Shown: piece by piece, positions 1 through 11,268 of the stretch
Position numbering within the stretch: the stretch's first letter is position 1
Layout: every line of letters starts with the position of its first letter
Assembly: GCA_023955335.1 (NCBI GenBank)
Contig: JAGSGF010000002.1
Location: 12,410 to 76,409 of the forward strand
Source of the DNA: Yoonia sp.
GTDB lineage: Bacteria; Pseudomonadota; Alphaproteobacteria; Rhodobacterales; Rhodobacteraceae
DNA: 64,000 nucleotides
Reading direction: 5' to 3'
Notes under the pieces: model-generated
Told to the model about the DNA's origin: nothing
What the model saw: the letters and a program-made list of their open reading frames with translations, nothing else
The model's database searches: none
Program-made: the position numbers and the translations under genes

Positions 1-832
1 CTTGGCGGTAAACCGATGAAAGCCAACTATCACCCGCTGTCGACATCGAAAGCCCCTGCCCTGTCAGCAAGGCAAAGCTATCCTGATACCAGTCGGTCGA
101 TTGATAGTTATGGCCCAAAATGGCGCCCGCCGTCTGGGCTTCATCCGTCAGCCCAAGCGACAAATAGCCTTCGACCAAACGGTGCAGCGCTTCGGCGGTG
201 TGCGATGTGGTCTGGAAATCCTCAACCACAATACGGAACCTGTTCACGGCCGCCGTATAGTGTTTACGCTTTAGGTAATACCGGCCAATTTCCATTTCCT
301 TGCCAGCAAGATGGTCAAAGGCCAGATCAAATTTCAGGACCGATGACCGCGCGTATTCCGTATCGGGATACGTCTCGATCACCGTGCGCAAGGCCTGCAA
401 CGCTTGGAACGTCAAACCCTGATCGCGGCCAATTTCATCAATTTGGTCGTAATAGGATAGCGCCAGCAAATACTGCGCGTAGGCTGCATCTTCGGACGCC
501 GGATAGAAATCCACGTACCGTTGGGCAGATGCACGGCTATTCGGGTAGTCGCCATCCTTATGAAACGCAAATGCCTGCATAATCAGCGCACGTTTGGCAA
601 AATCCGAATAAGGATACAGTCGCTCGATCTCGCCAAAATAGATTGCGGCGTCGTCCGGTTGACCGCGCTCCAGCTCGTATTCGCCGCGCTCAAAGATTTG
701 CGCAGCAGTGTACTGTTCCAACGCACCTGTGCCCGCAGGATCAAACGCCCCACACGACACCAGTAAAACAAGGGCGGACACGCCACAAAATCTGCGTCCC
801 ACACGTCCGATCTGAAACTTGGCTTTTGACAT
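1..832 (-). CDS. bamD: outer membrane protein assembly factor BamD (YfiO-like TPR lipoprotein), C-terminus cut by the window edge
   Basis: Absent from the ORF track because it runs off the left edge. My translation from the ATG at 832-830 gives MSKAKFQIGRVGRRFCGVSALVLLVSCGAFDP (lipobox LVSC), then TPR-like AAQIFERGEYELERGQPDDAAIYFGEIERLYPYSDFAKRALIMQAFAFHKDGDYP... It is open down to position 2. Lying next to lpxC is typical. Confidence 0.85.
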   Translation of the reverse strand, partial: MSKAKFQIGRVGRRFCGVSALVLLVSCGAFDPAGTGALEQYTAAQIFERGEYELERGQPDDAAIYFGEIERLYPYSDFAKRALIMQAFAFHKDGDYPNSRASAQRYVDFYPASEDAAYAQYLLALSYYDQIDEIGRDQGLTFQALQALRTVIETYPDTEYARSSVLKFDLAFDHLAGKEMEIGRYYLKRKHYTAAVNRFRIVVEDFQTTSHTAEALHRLVEGYLSLGLTDEAQTAGAILGHNYQSTDWYQDSFALLTGQGLSMSTAGDSWLSSVYRQ

Positions 833-951
833 CAACTGCCCCTGCACTTCAAACGTCGCTCTGGGGTCTGTCCCGCAGGCGTCTTGCGCATTGGTCTAGC
901 ATAGAAAAATCAGGTGCAAAATGCCTTTTGCGCTCTTGCGCGAAACTCAGA

Positions 952-1869
952 TCACGCAACAGCAAAAAGATCGGCATTACTGACGCCCACACCGGGCAAA
1001 CGGGCGGCAATTTTCGGATCACACCGCGTCCAACGCCACGCATCTGGCTGGGCAAAAAGCGCCTGCAACAAACGGTTTGTCATCGCGTGGCCAGCCCGTA
1101 CACCGGTATAACGTCCAAGGATCGGCGCACCGGCAGTATACAGATCACCCAATGCATCCAACATCTTATGGCGCACGGCCTCGTCTGCGTGGCGCAAACC
1201 ACCGGGGCTTAGGATCTGATCACCGTCAACGACAACCGCATTTTCCAATGTCCCGCCCAAGGCCAAACCATTGGCCCGCATCGCCTCAACATCCGAGGAC
1301 CGGCAGAATGTACGGCTGTCACACAGTTCGCGCACAAATGCACCATTCGCCATATTCAATGTCTTTGCCTGATGGCCAATCGCGGCATCCACAAAATCAA
1401 TATCAAAATCTATTTGCAGACTTGTGGCTGGTGACAGCATAGCCATCGCGGGGCCGTCTTCGACGATCACGTCGGACAGGATTTCAATCGCATACAGCGG
1501 CACCGCGTGACGGGTCAGACCCACGCCAACGATACCGCGCACAAACGCAGCCGCACTGCCATCCATGATCGGCACTTCAGGACCATCAATATCAACAATC
1601 AGATTGTGCACACCGGTTCCTGACAAAGCAGCCATCAGGTGTTCGATCGTCGACACAATCAAACCGGCAGGGTTGGTCAGGCGCGTGTTAAGCGGCGAGA
1701 CAACAACATTGTCCCAAACCGCAGCAAGCCTGTTGTCACCAACAACGTCCACACGGCGAAACACGATACCTGTATTCGCAGGCGCAGGCCGCAGCACAAG
1801 CGTCACCGGAGCGCCGGTATGAAGACCGACCCCCGTAAATGTGACGTTTGATTTCAGCGTGGTTTGCAA
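952..1869 (-). CDS. lpxC: UDP-3-O-acyl-N-acetylglucosamine deacetylase
   Basis: 305-aa ORF. The N-terminus MQTTLKSNVTFTGVGLHTGAPVTLVLRPAPANTGIVFRRVD and the C-half HKMLDALGDL are typical of LpxC. It lies downstream of ftsZ, as in many proteobacteria. Confidence 0.95.
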   Translation of the reverse strand: MQTTLKSNVTFTGVGLHTGAPVTLVLRPAPANTGIVFRRVDVVGDNRLAAVWDNVVVSPLNTRLTNPAGLIVSTIEHLMAALSGTGVHNLIVDIDGPEVPIMDGSAAAFVRGIVGVGLTRHAVPLYAIEILSDVIVEDGPAMAMLSPATSLQIDFDIDFVDAAIGHQAKTLNMANGAFVRELCDSRTFCRSSDVEAMRANGLALGGTLENAVVVDGDQILSPGGLRHADEAVRHKMLDALGDLYTAGAPILGRYTGVRAGHAMTNRLLQALFAQPDAWRWTRCDPKIAARLPGVGVSNADLFAVA

Positions 1870-2000
1870 GTCATTAACCTTAACGGGTGATTCATCTTTG
1901 TTGCGCCTTAACTAAGCGTGGCGCGCTCAGCGCTCAACTCACTCTTTGCAACGGTCTGAAACATCCATGAAACAAGATGACAACACATTGTTTTCAAACG

Positions 2001-2028
2001 AAAAAAGCCGCCCACATGGGGGCGGCTT
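2001..2028 (-). terminator. intrinsic terminator after ftsZ
   Basis: 9-bp stem (plus strand AAGCCGCCC 2005-2013 with GGGCGGCTT 2020-2028) and a 6-nt loop. On the minus strand the stem runs into a T-run (plus strand A-run 2001-2006). It lies 30 nt past the ftsZ stop. Confidence 0.75.
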
Positions 2029-2057
2029 TGATCTTGTAGTGTCGTTTCCGTTTTGGT

Positions 2058-3647
2058 CTAGTTCGCCTGACGACGCAGGAACGCAGGGATTTCGATGCGC
2101 TCTTGCTCCGGATCGGCTTCGGCAATTGGCTCCTCGTAGATCGGCGTGACCTGTGGCTGTTCACGCTCTGGCTGTGCGTCTGCAGCGGCACCCGTCATGC
2201 GGTTGATCAGGCTGTTGATGCCAAACCGTGGACGCTCACCTTCAGCGACGGCAGGCGCAGCAGCCGAGCGGTGACCAGGTGCCTTTGACACAGCGGCCTG
2301 CAAACGGGCCATTGCTTCTGGCGATGGCGTGCCGGCGGCAGGTGCACGTGGAGCAACAAACGCTTCAGGTGCATCCATCTTTGGTTCAGCGCGCGGTGTG
2401 TACGCTGGTGGCGGCAGGTCATCGGTTTCAGCCAATGCTTCGTGGATATCAGAAAAGTCATCCTCGACCGGCTCAACCACCCGGGCATCATCCAGACCTT
2501 CAAACAATGTCTGTGCAACCGGCGCCGGCTCTGCACGTTGCGCCGCAATCGGAGCAGCAACAACAGGCGTGGCGACAGCCGCAGCAACAGGCGCAGGTGC
2601 AGGTGCATCATCAACTTGAACCTGCGGCTTCAACGGGGCAGCCATAGACCGACGCGGCAATGGCATATCTTCGGGACGGGTCGCAGCGTCGATACCAGTG
2701 GCAACAACAGACACACGCATCCGGCCTTCCATGCCTGTATCAAGCGTGGACCCCACGATGATATTGGCTTCTGGATCAACCTTTTCACGGATTTTATTGG
2801 CTGCTTCGTCAAGTTCGAACAACGTCAGGTCGTAGCCGCCTGTGATGTTGATCAACACGCCGCGTGCGCCTTCGAGCGAGATTTCGTCAAGCAGCGGGTT
2901 CGCGATGGCTTTTTCAGCAGCCTCGATGGCGCGGTTTTCGCCTTCGGCTTCGCCTGTGCCCATCATCGCTTTGCCCATTTCGTCCATGACGGCGCGCACA
3001 TCGGCAAAGTCGAGGTTGATCAGGCCCGGACGCACCATAAGGTCAGTCACACCCTTAACGCCTTGGTAAAGAACATCATCAGCAAGCTGGAATGCTTCGG
3101 TGAATGTTGTCTTTTCATTGGCAAGACGGAACAGGTTCTGGTTTGGAATGATGATCAGCGTATCAACGACCTTTTGCAGGGCCTCGATGCCATCTTCGGC
3201 TTGCTTCATGCGCTTGCCGCCCTCGAACTGGAACGGCTTCGTCACAACACCAACAGTCAGAACGCCAAGCTCACGTGCCGCCTGCGCGATGATCGGCGCA
3301 GCACCGGTACCAGTGCCCCCGCCCATACCAGCCGTGATAAAGCACATGTGCGCACCAGCAAGGTGATCGACAATCTGTTCGATACTTTCTTCAGCAGCGG
3401 CGGCACCCACGGTTGCGCGCGCACCAGCGCCCAGACCCTCAGTTACCTTCACGCCCATTTGAATGCGTGCAGCGGCCTTGGCGTGCTGCAGCGCTTGCGC
3501 GTCAGTGTTGGCAACGACGAATTCGACCCCGTCCAACTCTTTTTCGATCATGTTATTGACGGCGTTGCCGCCTGCGCCACCTACACCAAATACAGTGATA
3601 CGTGGTTTCAATTCTTCCTGACCGGGAATGGAGAGGTTCAATGTCAT
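2058..3647 (-). CDS. ftsZ: cell division protein FtsZ
   Basis: 529 aa. Tubulin signature [15 protein letters not shown], a long Ala/Pro-rich linker and the conserved C-terminal peptide [12 protein letters not shown]. Confidence 0.98.
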   Translation of the reverse strand: MTLNLSIPGQEELKPRITVFGVGGAGGNAVNNMIEKELDGVEFVVANTDAQALQHAKAAARIQMGVKVTEGLGAGARATVGAAAAEESIEQIVDHLAGAHMCFITAGMGGGTGTGAAPIIAQAARELGVLTVGVVTKPFQFEGGKRMKQAEDGIEALQKVVDTLIIIPNQNLFRLANEKTTFTEAFQLADDVLYQGVKGVTDLMVRPGLINLDFADVRAVMDEMGKAMMGTGEAEGENRAIEAAEKAIANPLLDEISLEGARGVLINITGGYDLTLFELDEAANKIREKVDPEANIIVGSTLDTGMEGRMRVSVVATGIDAATRPEDMPLPRRSMAAPLKPQVQVDDAPAPAPVAAAVATPVVAAPIAAQRAEPAPVAQTLFEGLDDARVVEPVEDDFSDIHEALAETDDLPPPAYTPRAEPKMDAPEAFVAPRAPAAGTPSPEAMARLQAAVSKAPGHRSAAAPAVAEGERPRFGINSLINRMTGAAADAQPEREQPQVTPIYEEPIAEADPEQERIEIPAFLRRQAN

Positions 3648-3822
3648 TGCTCTGTCCGCCTATTTTTTTGGGCCCGTCCCACCGGGGCTTTTTCTCTAAA
3701 TTAGGTCAACAATAGACCCATCGCCCCTGCAGGTCACGCAAAAACCGCAAAATCGACACCAAATATGGGGGATTTTTGTGACATTTGCGCCGGATTTGGG
3801 TCCGTCGGCAATATCTTGCGTA

Positions 3823-5157
3823 TTACCAGTTGTCCTTAAACCACTTTACGGCACGCTTTAGCGACCGCGCCGGGTATTTGTCGGCTGGAATTTCAAAATC
3901 CCACCATTCGTCTTGCGGGTGTGCCGCGAACAACGTCAGGCCAACAGCGCTGGAAAACGCCGGACCAATCGCGGCCTGCGGTAACCCTTGCACACGCAAC
4001 GGACGTCCAAGGCGCACCTGCTGACCAAGTATCTTGGATGCCAGCCCGTCAAGGCCCGGAATCTGGCTTGCACCTCCTGTCAGAACGATCTGCTGGGATG
4101 GCAAATGTTCGAATCCAGCGGCGTCCAAACGCACGCGGACTTCTTCCAGAATTTCTTCGACACGTGGGCGCATGATGCCGATCAATTCAGCGCGCGACAC
4201 GGTGCGGCGGTCATGTTCATAATCGCCTGTGTCGCCGCCAATTTCGATCATCTCGCGGTCATCCATTCCCGTGGCAACAACGCCGCCATAGAATGTCTTG
4301 ATCCGCTCTGCGGTCGCCATCGGCACCGACAGACCCATAGATATATCACCCGTCACATGGTCGCCGCCCATACGGACGGTATCGGCGTAAATCATGTGTT
4401 TTTTCATAAACACCGAAATGCTCGTGGATCCTCCCCCAAGGTCGATACAGGCCGCACCCAGTTCCTGTTCATCCTCGACGAGCGACGAAATACCGGACGC
4501 ATAGGCGCTCGATGCAATACCTGCCAATTCAAGATCACAGCGTTTGATGCAAAAGAAGATATTCTGCAGCGCAATGCTATCCACCGTCAGCATATGCATG
4601 TCACAGGTCAGCTGATTACCAATCTGGCCACGCGGATCGGCCATGCCAGACCGGTGATCCAGTGCAAAGTTGACAGGCTGCGCGTGCAACACGTCACGCT
4701 CTTCACCGTAATCAGGCACATCACACGCGGCCATCACGCGGCCAATATCGCCATCTGTAACCAGACCGTTTTCAATATCAACTGCGCCATCAAGACCGTA
4801 CGACTTGGGGCGTCCACCAGCGATACAGGCGATCACGTGGTCAACACGCACTTTCGCCATCTTCTGCGCCGCCTGTACGGCCGTACGAATGGCGCGTTCA
4901 GTTTCCTGCATCGCGTCGACTTCACCAAACTTCACCCCGCGTGAACGGGTTGTGGCCGCACCGATCACACGAAACGAGGACTGACCAGCCAGCGATCCGA
5001 TACCATCGGCACCTCGGAACGTCTCCGGGCCATCGAACCGAAGAACGAGACAGGCAATTTTGCTTGTTCCGATGTCCAGAATGGCAATCACACCGCGCTG
5101 CATGGCCGCCTTGCGCATATTGCGCATTGCACGTTGGCTGTCGTATAAATCGCCCAT
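3823..5157 (-). CDS. ftsA: cell division protein FtsA
   Basis: 444 aa. Actin-like ATPase motifs ILDIGTSKIACLV and IDLGGGSTSISVF. Positioned between ftsQ and ftsZ. Confidence 0.95.
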   Translation of the reverse strand: MGDLYDSQRAMRNMRKAAMQRGVIAILDIGTSKIACLVLRFDGPETFRGADGIGSLAGQSSFRVIGAATTRSRGVKFGEVDAMQETERAIRTAVQAAQKMAKVRVDHVIACIAGGRPKSYGLDGAVDIENGLVTDGDIGRVMAACDVPDYGEERDVLHAQPVNFALDHRSGMADPRGQIGNQLTCDMHMLTVDSIALQNIFFCIKRCDLELAGIASSAYASGISSLVEDEQELGAACIDLGGGSTSISVFMKKHMIYADTVRMGGDHVTGDISMGLSVPMATAERIKTFYGGVVATGMDDREMIEIGGDTGDYEHDRRTVSRAELIGIMRPRVEEILEEVRVRLDAAGFEHLPSQQIVLTGGASQIPGLDGLASKILGQQVRLGRPLRVQGLPQAAIGPAFSSAVGLTLFAAHPQDEWWDFEIPADKYPARSLKRAVKWFKDNW

Positions 5158-6071
5158 TAGTTGTCTGCCTCTGTATGGCTCACGCGACGAAATGCGTCGG
5201 CGGCTTCTTTATTCATTCTGAGTGTTGGTCGGTCGCCATTGCGCATATCCACAACGGCGACATCGCGGTCCAGCATGTCGCGGGCCTGATGCAAAACAAT
5301 AACGCGATCAAGCGCAGCCACAGGGTTTTCGCCCGGCAGCAAGATCCGTTGATCACGGTCCAAAACAACGTCCCACCGCCGTTCGCCCATACGGACAAGG
5401 CCGCGCACACGCTCCGCAATCGGCTTGGCATCGCGGAACAGCGCGAGTGCCTCCGCGATATGAGTTTGCGCGCCGTCACCTGCGATCAACGGCAAATCAA
5501 GCCGTTCAGCGCGGTTCGCCACAAATCCGGCGAACGTGCCCTCTTCGTCCAACAGGCGTAATTCAAGACCGTCCCGCCAAAGCGCGACCGGCGTGCGCGG
5601 CGTGATATCCACGTTCAAAACACCTGCATCCCCAACACGCACACGGGCAGAGCGCACTGCATCCAGCGCCTCTACCGTCGTGCGCATGGCTTCCAGATCA
5701 AGATCAAACGACGAGATCGGAAAAGCGACGGGCAATTGCGCCAAAACAGTTGTCGTCAGCGCGTCGTCCGCACCGGTCACATCCAATGATGCGACCATAA
5801 ACTCGGGGCGTTGCTGCACACCCTCTTTCAGTTTTTGCAACTTAGCAGCCGCCATTTCACGGTTCTCGTCATGGCTGTACCAACTGACCGCAATAATCGT
5901 AATCAAGGCAAGCGGCACGCCCACACGGATCATGCCACGAAAACCGGGCGTCAGCATCATGCGCTGATAGCGATATTTCCATTTGGATGGGGCCGGATCG
6001 CGCGGCAATGCGCGGTGACGGCGTGTGGCGGTTAGCGGTCGCATGATGCGTCCTCCACCATCCAGCGGCAC
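5157..6071 (-). CDS. ftsQ: cell division protein FtsQ
   Basis: 304 aa with one TM segment ([15 protein letters not shown]) followed by a POTRA-like region. dcw position. The start is uncertain (alternative ATG at 6044). It overlaps the ddl 3' end. Confidence 0.85.
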   Translation of the reverse strand: MPLDGGGRIMRPLTATRRHRALPRDPAPSKWKYRYQRMMLTPGFRGMIRVGVPLALITIIAVSWYSHDENREMAAAKLQKLKEGVQQRPEFMVASLDVTGADDALTTTVLAQLPVAFPISSFDLDLEAMRTTVEALDAVRSARVRVGDAGVLNVDITPRTPVALWRDGLELRLLDEEGTFAGFVANRAERLDLPLIAGDGAQTHIAEALALFRDAKPIAERVRGLVRMGERRWDVVLDRDQRILLPGENPVAALDRVIVLHQARDMLDRDVAVVDMRNGDRPTLRMNKEAADAFRRVSHTEADN

Positions 6072-6946
6072 AAATCAGGGAACGAAATACCCATCTTTGC
6101 AGCTTGTTCAGGGGCGAGCGATGTCGGGGTCATGCCAGGTTGGGTGTTTGTCTCGAGCAAAATCAATCCATCCAAACCACGTGACGCGTCCCACCGGAAA
6201 TCAGTGCGGGTCAAACCGCGGCAGCCCAGCACGCGGTGGGCACGCAAGGCATAGTCCATGCAGGCGTCAAAAATGTCGGCAGGAATATCGGCAGGGATCA
6301 CATGGCGCGATCCGCCTTGTGCGTATTTGGCGTGATAGTCATACCAGCCGTCGACAATGATATCCGTAACCGTGAGCGCGCGGTCACCGACCACCGTCGT
6401 CGTCAACTCGCGACCAGGGGCATATGTCTCGACCATCACGTGGTCGGGCATATCCGCTGCCAGCTTTGGCGGACCGTTGGCAGTTTCATCGACGATATAA
6501 ATGCCAACGCTGGAACCTTCGTTAAATGGCTTCACAACATATGGCGGGGTTAGGACATGTGCGGCCTGAACATCAGCGCAGGTTGCAATCACCGAATGCA
6601 CAAAGGGCAGACCGTGGGCTGCGTAGACCTCCTTGGTGCGCTGCTTATCCATTGTAACGGCAGACGCCATCACGCCAGAATGCGTATACGGGATCTTCAT
6701 CCATTCAAGCATACCTTGCACGCAACCATCTTCGCCCCAGCGGCCATGCAGGGCGTTGAACACAACATCAGGAGAAATATCTGTCAAACGCGCAGCGAGA
6801 TCGGGGCCAGCATCGACCTCAATCACGTCATATCCCGTTTCCCGTAAAGCTGCGGCGCATTCGGCGCCCGAACTCAGCGAAACATCACGTTCCGCCGACG
6901 GACCACCCATCAAAACAACAACTTTCGGGTTTGCCCTGCTCGACAT
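6032..6946 (-). CDS. ddl: D-alanine--D-alanine ligase
   Basis: 304 aa. N-terminus [20 protein letters not shown] and an ATP-grasp body. dcw position. Confidence 0.95.
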   Translation of the reverse strand: MSSRANPKVVVLMGGPSAERDVSLSSGAECAAALRETGYDVIEVDAGPDLAARLTDISPDVVFNALHGRWGEDGCVQGMLEWMKIPYTHSGVMASAVTMDKQRTKEVYAAHGLPFVHSVIATCADVQAAHVLTPPYVVKPFNEGSSVGIYIVDETANGPPKLAADMPDHVMVETYAPGRELTTTVVGDRALTVTDIIVDGWYDYHAKYAQGGSRHVIPADIPADIFDACMDYALRAHRVLGCRGLTRTDFRWDASRGLDGLILLETNTQPGMTPTSLAPEQAAKMGISFPDLCRWMVEDASCDR

Positions 6947-7049
6947 AACCCACCACCTTTAACGCAGGCCTTTGCGACCCGTCATTTATACTTGATCCTG
7001 CCAAGGACCTACTCCCAATTTCAGGAGCGTTTGTTCTTTATTAGGCGTG

Positions 7050-7979
7050 TTAGGACCCGTTACGATGGCCTACCCGCATAATTTCCCATTCTAGCGTGAT
7101 ACCACTGGAATCGTAAACCTTTTTTCGCACCAGCTCGCCCAAATCTTCCAAATCGGCGGCGGTGGCACCGCCAGCGTTGGTCAGAAAATTTGAATGTTTG
7201 GTATTCATGACGGCCCCGCCAAGCGTTGCACCGCGCATGCCCGCGTCATCAATGACCTTCCACGCCTTGAGGTCATGCACGTCATCGGCCTGCCCTGTGG
7301 ACGAATATCCAGCCGGATTGCGGAACGTGGACCCCGCCGTGCGGTCCTTGGTTGGCTGCGTCGCGTCGCGCTTGGCCAACTGGTCATCCATGCGCGCAGC
7401 CAGTGCATCAGCGTCGCCCGCCGGGGCCAACAATCTTGCGCTCACGATCACCGCGCCATCGGGCAAGGATGACCTGCGGTACGCCAACTGCAAATCCGCG
7501 GCAGGTAAGTCCACCACGGCACCATTGCGCATCACAACTGCGACGCTTTGCAAAACATCCGCCGTGTAGCTGCCATAACAGCCCGCGTTCATGCGCACAG
7601 CACCGCCAATCGTCCCGGGGATGGTGCGCAGAAACGTCAGCTCAAGCCCCGCCGCCGCAGCCTTACGGGCCACATGCGCATCCAACGCTGCCGCACCTGC
7701 GGTCACAACTTGATCGTCAAAACTGATCGCGTTAAAGCCACGCCCAAGCCGGATCACCACACCAGACACACCGCCGTCACGGACAATCAGGTTTGATCCA
7801 ACGCCCATTGGGAACACGGGCACATTGGGGGCAAGTGCGGCCATAAATGCAGACAAGTCATCCACATCGGCAGGCTGAAACAGCACATCCGCAGGGCCAC
7901 CCACACGCATCCACGTCAGATCAGCAAGGCTGCGATCTTGGGTCAATGTGCCGCGCACCTGCGGTAAATTCTCAATCAT
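7050..7979 (-). CDS. murB: UDP-N-acetylenolpyruvoylglucosamine reductase
   Basis: 309 aa. FAD-binding PCMH-type N-half ([24 protein letters not shown]). dcw position. Confidence 0.95.
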   Translation of the reverse strand: MIENLPQVRGTLTQDRSLADLTWMRVGGPADVLFQPADVDDLSAFMAALAPNVPVFPMGVGSNLIVRDGGVSGVVIRLGRGFNAISFDDQVVTAGAAALDAHVARKAAAAGLELTFLRTIPGTIGGAVRMNAGCYGSYTADVLQSVAVVMRNGAVVDLPAADLQLAYRRSSLPDGAVIVSARLLAPAGDADALAARMDDQLAKRDATQPTKDRTAGSTFRNPAGYSSTGQADDVHDLKAWKVIDDAGMRGATLGGAVMNTKHSNFLTNAGGATAADLEDLGELVRKKVYDSSGITLEWEIMRVGHRNGS

Positions 7980-7982
7980 AGC

Positions 7983-8267
7983 TTAGTCCTTAAAACGACG
8001 ACGTAGCAGCAAATGGCCCAGCAGCGCACCCGCCCCTGCACCAATCAGCGCAGGCAGCAAAGACACCATCGCCACGCCAATCGCAAACAAAGGATCAATG
8101 CCAACAGGCGTTGTTGACGCGAAAATGAAAATCGCAACTGCTGCCGCCAATAATGACATAACAGTGAGTGCCAGTCCCGATTTTTGAGCCAACATCAACC
8201 GGGCCATCACGGCAAACGGGATCATCGCTGACACAAACATCACTGCGATTATGGCCACGTCAGCCAT
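7983..8267 (-). CDS. small hydrophobic membrane protein (hypothetical)
   Basis: 94 aa, about three predicted TM helices and a basic C-terminus LLRRRFKD. The start overlaps the upstream ORF stop by 8 nt. No family recognised. Confidence 0.5.
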   Translation of the reverse strand: MADVAIIAVMFVSAMIPFAVMARLMLAQKSGLALTVMSLLAAAVAIFIFASTTPVGIDPLFAIGVAMVSLLPALIGAGAGALLGHLLLRRRFKD

Positions 8268-8517
8268 TTAGTCCGACCAATCGCTTGGCCCAGCGGATCA
8301 AATAAACAAGCGGCCAGCGGAGCACAGACATGCCAGCCACCAAGGCAATCAATCCGATCCAAAGGCCGTTCTGATACGTCACCCAACCCAGTAATGGAAT
8401 GCCAACTGCAATCAGCAAATAGGCGCGTTGCCACAGGTTATCCTTGGACGGGATCATCGCCATGACATTGGCGGCCAGCAACCAAAGGGCGGCACAAATC
8501 AATGAAGGGGTCATCAT
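8260..8517 (-). CDS. small membrane protein, DUF2484-like (second paralog)
   Basis: I chose the internal ATG at 8517 ([25 protein letters not shown]...) rather than the 161-aa track ORF. ATGA overlap with the stop of the upstream paralog. Similar helix pattern to 8514..8768. Confidence 0.6.
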   Translation of the reverse strand: MMTPSLICAALWLLAANVMAMIPSKDNLWQRAYLLIAVGIPLLGWVTYQNGLWIGLIALVAGMSVLRWPLVYLIRWAKRLVGLNG

Positions 8518-8768
8518 TTCGGAAGCTCCGGTGTTTCGCCCCGCAGGCGCGCATAGATATATCGTAACGGATTGCGAAACATCGACACGAAAGCGGCAGC
8601 AGCAAGCACGCCTACGATCCATCCAAAATCGACACCGATCCAGATGATCAACACAGGCGCCAGCAACAAGAGCGTCAGCCCCGGCGCATATTGGCGGCGC
8701 ATCGGCAGCAAGGCCGTAATCACAGCCAACAGCACCCAGATGCACCCTATGAAAAGCGACGTCGTCAC
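8514..8768 (-). CDS. small membrane protein, DUF2484-like (first paralog)
   Basis: 84 aa, [26 protein letters not shown]...[12 protein letters not shown]. 4-nt overlap with the murC stop region. The family name is recalled from Rhodobacterales annotations. Confidence 0.6.
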   Translation of the reverse strand: MTTSLFIGCIWVLLAVITALLPMRRQYAPGLTLLLLAPVLIIWIGVDFGWIVGVLAAAAFVSMFRNPLRYIYARLRGETPELPK

Positions 8769-10165
8769 ATTTTCAACCGGTCAGGCAAGCCACTCGCCCA
8801 AGCGCTGATCGTCCCGGCTCCAAGACAAACAACCATGTCACCGGGTTTGGCTTGTTCGCGGACCAATCGCTCTAAATCGTCCTCGGATGCCACGGCACGC
8901 GCATGGCGGTGACCGTGGCGGATCAGGCCAGCGACCAGATCATCACGGGTAGCGCCTTCAATCACGTCTTCACCGGCAGAATATACATCCGCGATGCCAA
9001 CGACATCAGCATCGTTGAAGCAGGCACAGAATTCATCAAAGTGGTGGTGCAAACGGGTATAGCGATGCGGCTGATGCACCGCGATCACGCGGCCTTCGCT
9101 GGCTTGACGTGCGGCCTTCAAGACAGCCGTAATTTCCACCGGATGATGCCCATAGTCATCAATAATCGTGACACCATTCACTTCGCCCACCTTCGTAAAG
9201 CGACGGTTCACCCCGCCAAATTCCTTTAGAGCCTTGCGGATTTCATCCTTCTTAAGCCCCAAATGACGCGCGACAGCCACGGCCGACAGCGCATTGCTGA
9301 CGTTGTGATCACCAGGCATCGGTAATTCGCAGTCTTCGATAATGTCGTCTTCGGCCTGCAACGCCACATCAAAATGGGCAACGCCCGCCTTATAATGCAA
9401 GTTCACGGCGCGCACGTCAGCTTGGGCATTAAAGCCGTAGGTCGTGACGCGGCGATCTGTCAGCTTCCCGACCAGCGCCTGCACCTCTGCATTGTCAGTG
9501 CAACAGACTGCCAAACCATAAAACGGAATACCCGACACAAAATCATAAAACCCCTGGCGGAGATTTTCGATCGTCCCCCAATGATCCATATGCTCTGGGT
9601 CGATATTGGTCACGATGGCGATTGTCGCGGGCAGACGGTTGAAGGTGCCGTCGCTCTCGTCAGCCTCAACCACCATCCACTCGCCTTGCCCCATACGCGC
9701 GTTCGAACCGTAAGCATGAATAATACCGCCGTTGATGACAGTCGGATCAATCCCACCTTCATCCAACAATGCAGCAACCATTGTTGTGGTCGTCGTTTTG
9801 CCATGCGTTCCCGCAACTGCAACGTTTGATTTCAAGCGCATCAGTTCGGCCAGCATTTCCGCACGGCGAACAATCGGCAAGCCCTTGGTGCGGGCTTCGT
9901 CCAACTCTGGATTCCCAGATTTGATCGCGGACGAGATCACGATAACCTCTGCATCTGCCAAATTCGCCGCTGCCTGCCCTTCAAAAACAGTCGCACCAAG
10001 CTTGACCAAACGGTCCGTGATCGGCGTGAATTTCAGGTCAGACCCCTGCACGGTATACCCATGTTCCAACAGGACCTCGGCGATGCCGGACATGCCGATA
10101 CCACCAATGCCTACAAAGTGAATAGGGCCTACATCAAGGGGCAGTTTGGTTGCAGTCGCGTTCAT
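8765..10165 (-). CDS. murC: UDP-N-acetylmuramate--L-alanine ligase
   Basis: 466 aa. [17 protein letters not shown] and the Mur-ligase P-loop [10 protein letters not shown]. Confidence 0.96.
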   Translation of the reverse strand: MNATATKLPLDVGPIHFVGIGGIGMSGIAEVLLEHGYTVQGSDLKFTPITDRLVKLGATVFEGQAAANLADAEVIVISSAIKSGNPELDEARTKGLPIVRRAEMLAELMRLKSNVAVAGTHGKTTTTTMVAALLDEGGIDPTVINGGIIHAYGSNARMGQGEWMVVEADESDGTFNRLPATIAIVTNIDPEHMDHWGTIENLRQGFYDFVSGIPFYGLAVCCTDNAEVQALVGKLTDRRVTTYGFNAQADVRAVNLHYKAGVAHFDVALQAEDDIIEDCELPMPGDHNVSNALSAVAVARHLGLKKDEIRKALKEFGGVNRRFTKVGEVNGVTIIDDYGHHPVEITAVLKAARQASEGRVIAVHQPHRYTRLHHHFDEFCACFNDADVVGIADVYSAGEDVIEGATRDDLVAGLIRHGHRHARAVASEDDLERLVREQAKPGDMVVCLGAGTISAWASGLPDRLKM

Positions 10166-11268
10166 TACTTGTCTTTCATTTCTTCTTTTGTGGCCAGATC
10201 ATCGACCAGCGCCACAAGGCGCTCCGTTGCATTTGGTTTGCCACATGCCGCAGCCATTTGAGACATGTTCAAAGCCGCCGCACTGTTGGTCAGCACGTCC
10301 GTGATTTGTTCGACTAAAGCCGCCTTAGTAAAAAGTCTTTCGGGAATCAAGATCGCTGCACCCGCGTCGACCATGCCGCGCGCATTCGCGGTTTGATGGT
10401 CACCAGTTGCTGCCGCAAACGGCACCAAAATCGCAGGGCGACCAATCACGGTCAGGTCAGCAATCGTCGATGCGCCCGCACGCGTGATCACCAATTGCGC
10501 CTCTGACATACGGTTCGGCACATCGTCAAAAAACGGCTGCACATCAGCATCAATTCCAGCATCTGCATAGAAAGTCGCGACGCGCATCCCGTCTTCAGCA
10601 CGTGCCTGATGGGCCACGCGGATATTTTGGCGCAGGGTTTCGGGCAAGCTCGCAATCGCCTCTGGGACAACGTCGGACAAAATGCGCGCGCCCTGACTGC
10701 CGCCCATCACGAGGATCGACATCGGGTAATCACCGGGCGGAATATAGCCCGCACCTGCGCGGTCCAAGATCGCGGCGCGCACGGGATTGCCAACGTCGAC
10801 ACCGATCACACCATCTGGCAAATCAGTAGGCCACGTCCCGCAAGCAACAGTATGCACACGCTTGGCGAACACTTGATTCACACGGCCCAACACACCGTTT
10901 TGTTCATGGATCATACGCGGCACACGCAGCGTATAGGCGGCCACCATTGCAGGGATCGCGGGATACCCGCCAAAGCCCACGACAACATCCGGCTTGTCAC
11001 GGAGCATGCGCCACTGCGCACCACCGATGCCCCACAAAATGCGCAAAGGTACGGCCAGTTTGGCAACAAGACCGCCACGGGCAAAGGTCGCTGATTTCAC
11101 CACGTTAATTTCGACCGCGTCAGGAAAGCCACCCGCATAACGGGCACCACGATCATCGGTCGACAGCTTTACACGCCAGCCGCGGGCCAACATCGCTTCG
11201 GCCAGTGCCTGGGCGGGAAACATGTGACCGCCAGTGCCTCCGGCGGCAATTACGAGTAACTTGGTCAT
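10165..11268 (-). CDS. murG: undecaprenyldiphospho-muramoylpentapeptide beta-N-acetylglucosaminyltransferase
   Basis: 367 aa. N-terminus [20 protein letters not shown]28 architecture. Confidence 0.96.
   Translation of the reverse strand: MTKLLVIAAGGTGGHMFPAQALAEAMLARGWRVKLSTDDRGARYAGGFPDAVEINVVKSATFARGGLVAKLAVPLRILWGIGGAQWRMLRDKPDVVVGFGGYPAIPAMVAAYTLRVPRMIHEQNGVLGRVNQVFAKRVHTVACGTWPTDLPDGVIGVDVGNPVRAAILDRAGAGYIPPGDYPMSILVMGGSQGARILSDVVPEAIASLPETLRQNIRVAHQARAEDGMRVATFYADAGIDADVQPFFDDVPNRMSEAQLVITRAGASTIADLTVIGRPAILVPFAAATGDHQTANARGMVDAGAAILIPERLFTKAALVEQITDVLTNSAAALNMSQMAAACGKPNATERLVALVDDLATKEEMKDK

Noticed and set aside
2442-3704. Long ORFs antisense to or out of frame with clear genes. Examples: 2442-3704 (+) in ftsZ, 3988-4944 (+) in ftsA, 17217-18518 (+) in murF, 20551-21669 (+) in ftsI, 32281-33336 (-) in pyc, 53185-53796 (-) and 54562-55230 (-) in the iorB-like gene, 61579-62319 (-).
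   Set aside because: Their translations are Arg/Pro/Ala/His-rich and low in complexity, with no motifs, and each lies fully inside a gene with strong family signatures. They are the typical shadow ORFs of GC-rich DNA.
3648-3822. CtrA (TTAA-N7-TTAA), DnaA-box or GANTC signals in the ftsA-ftsZ spacer (the ftsZ promoter region).
   Set aside because: Only loose half-site resemblances (for example TAAATTAGGTCAAC). I found no exact site and no GANTC, so I make no claim.
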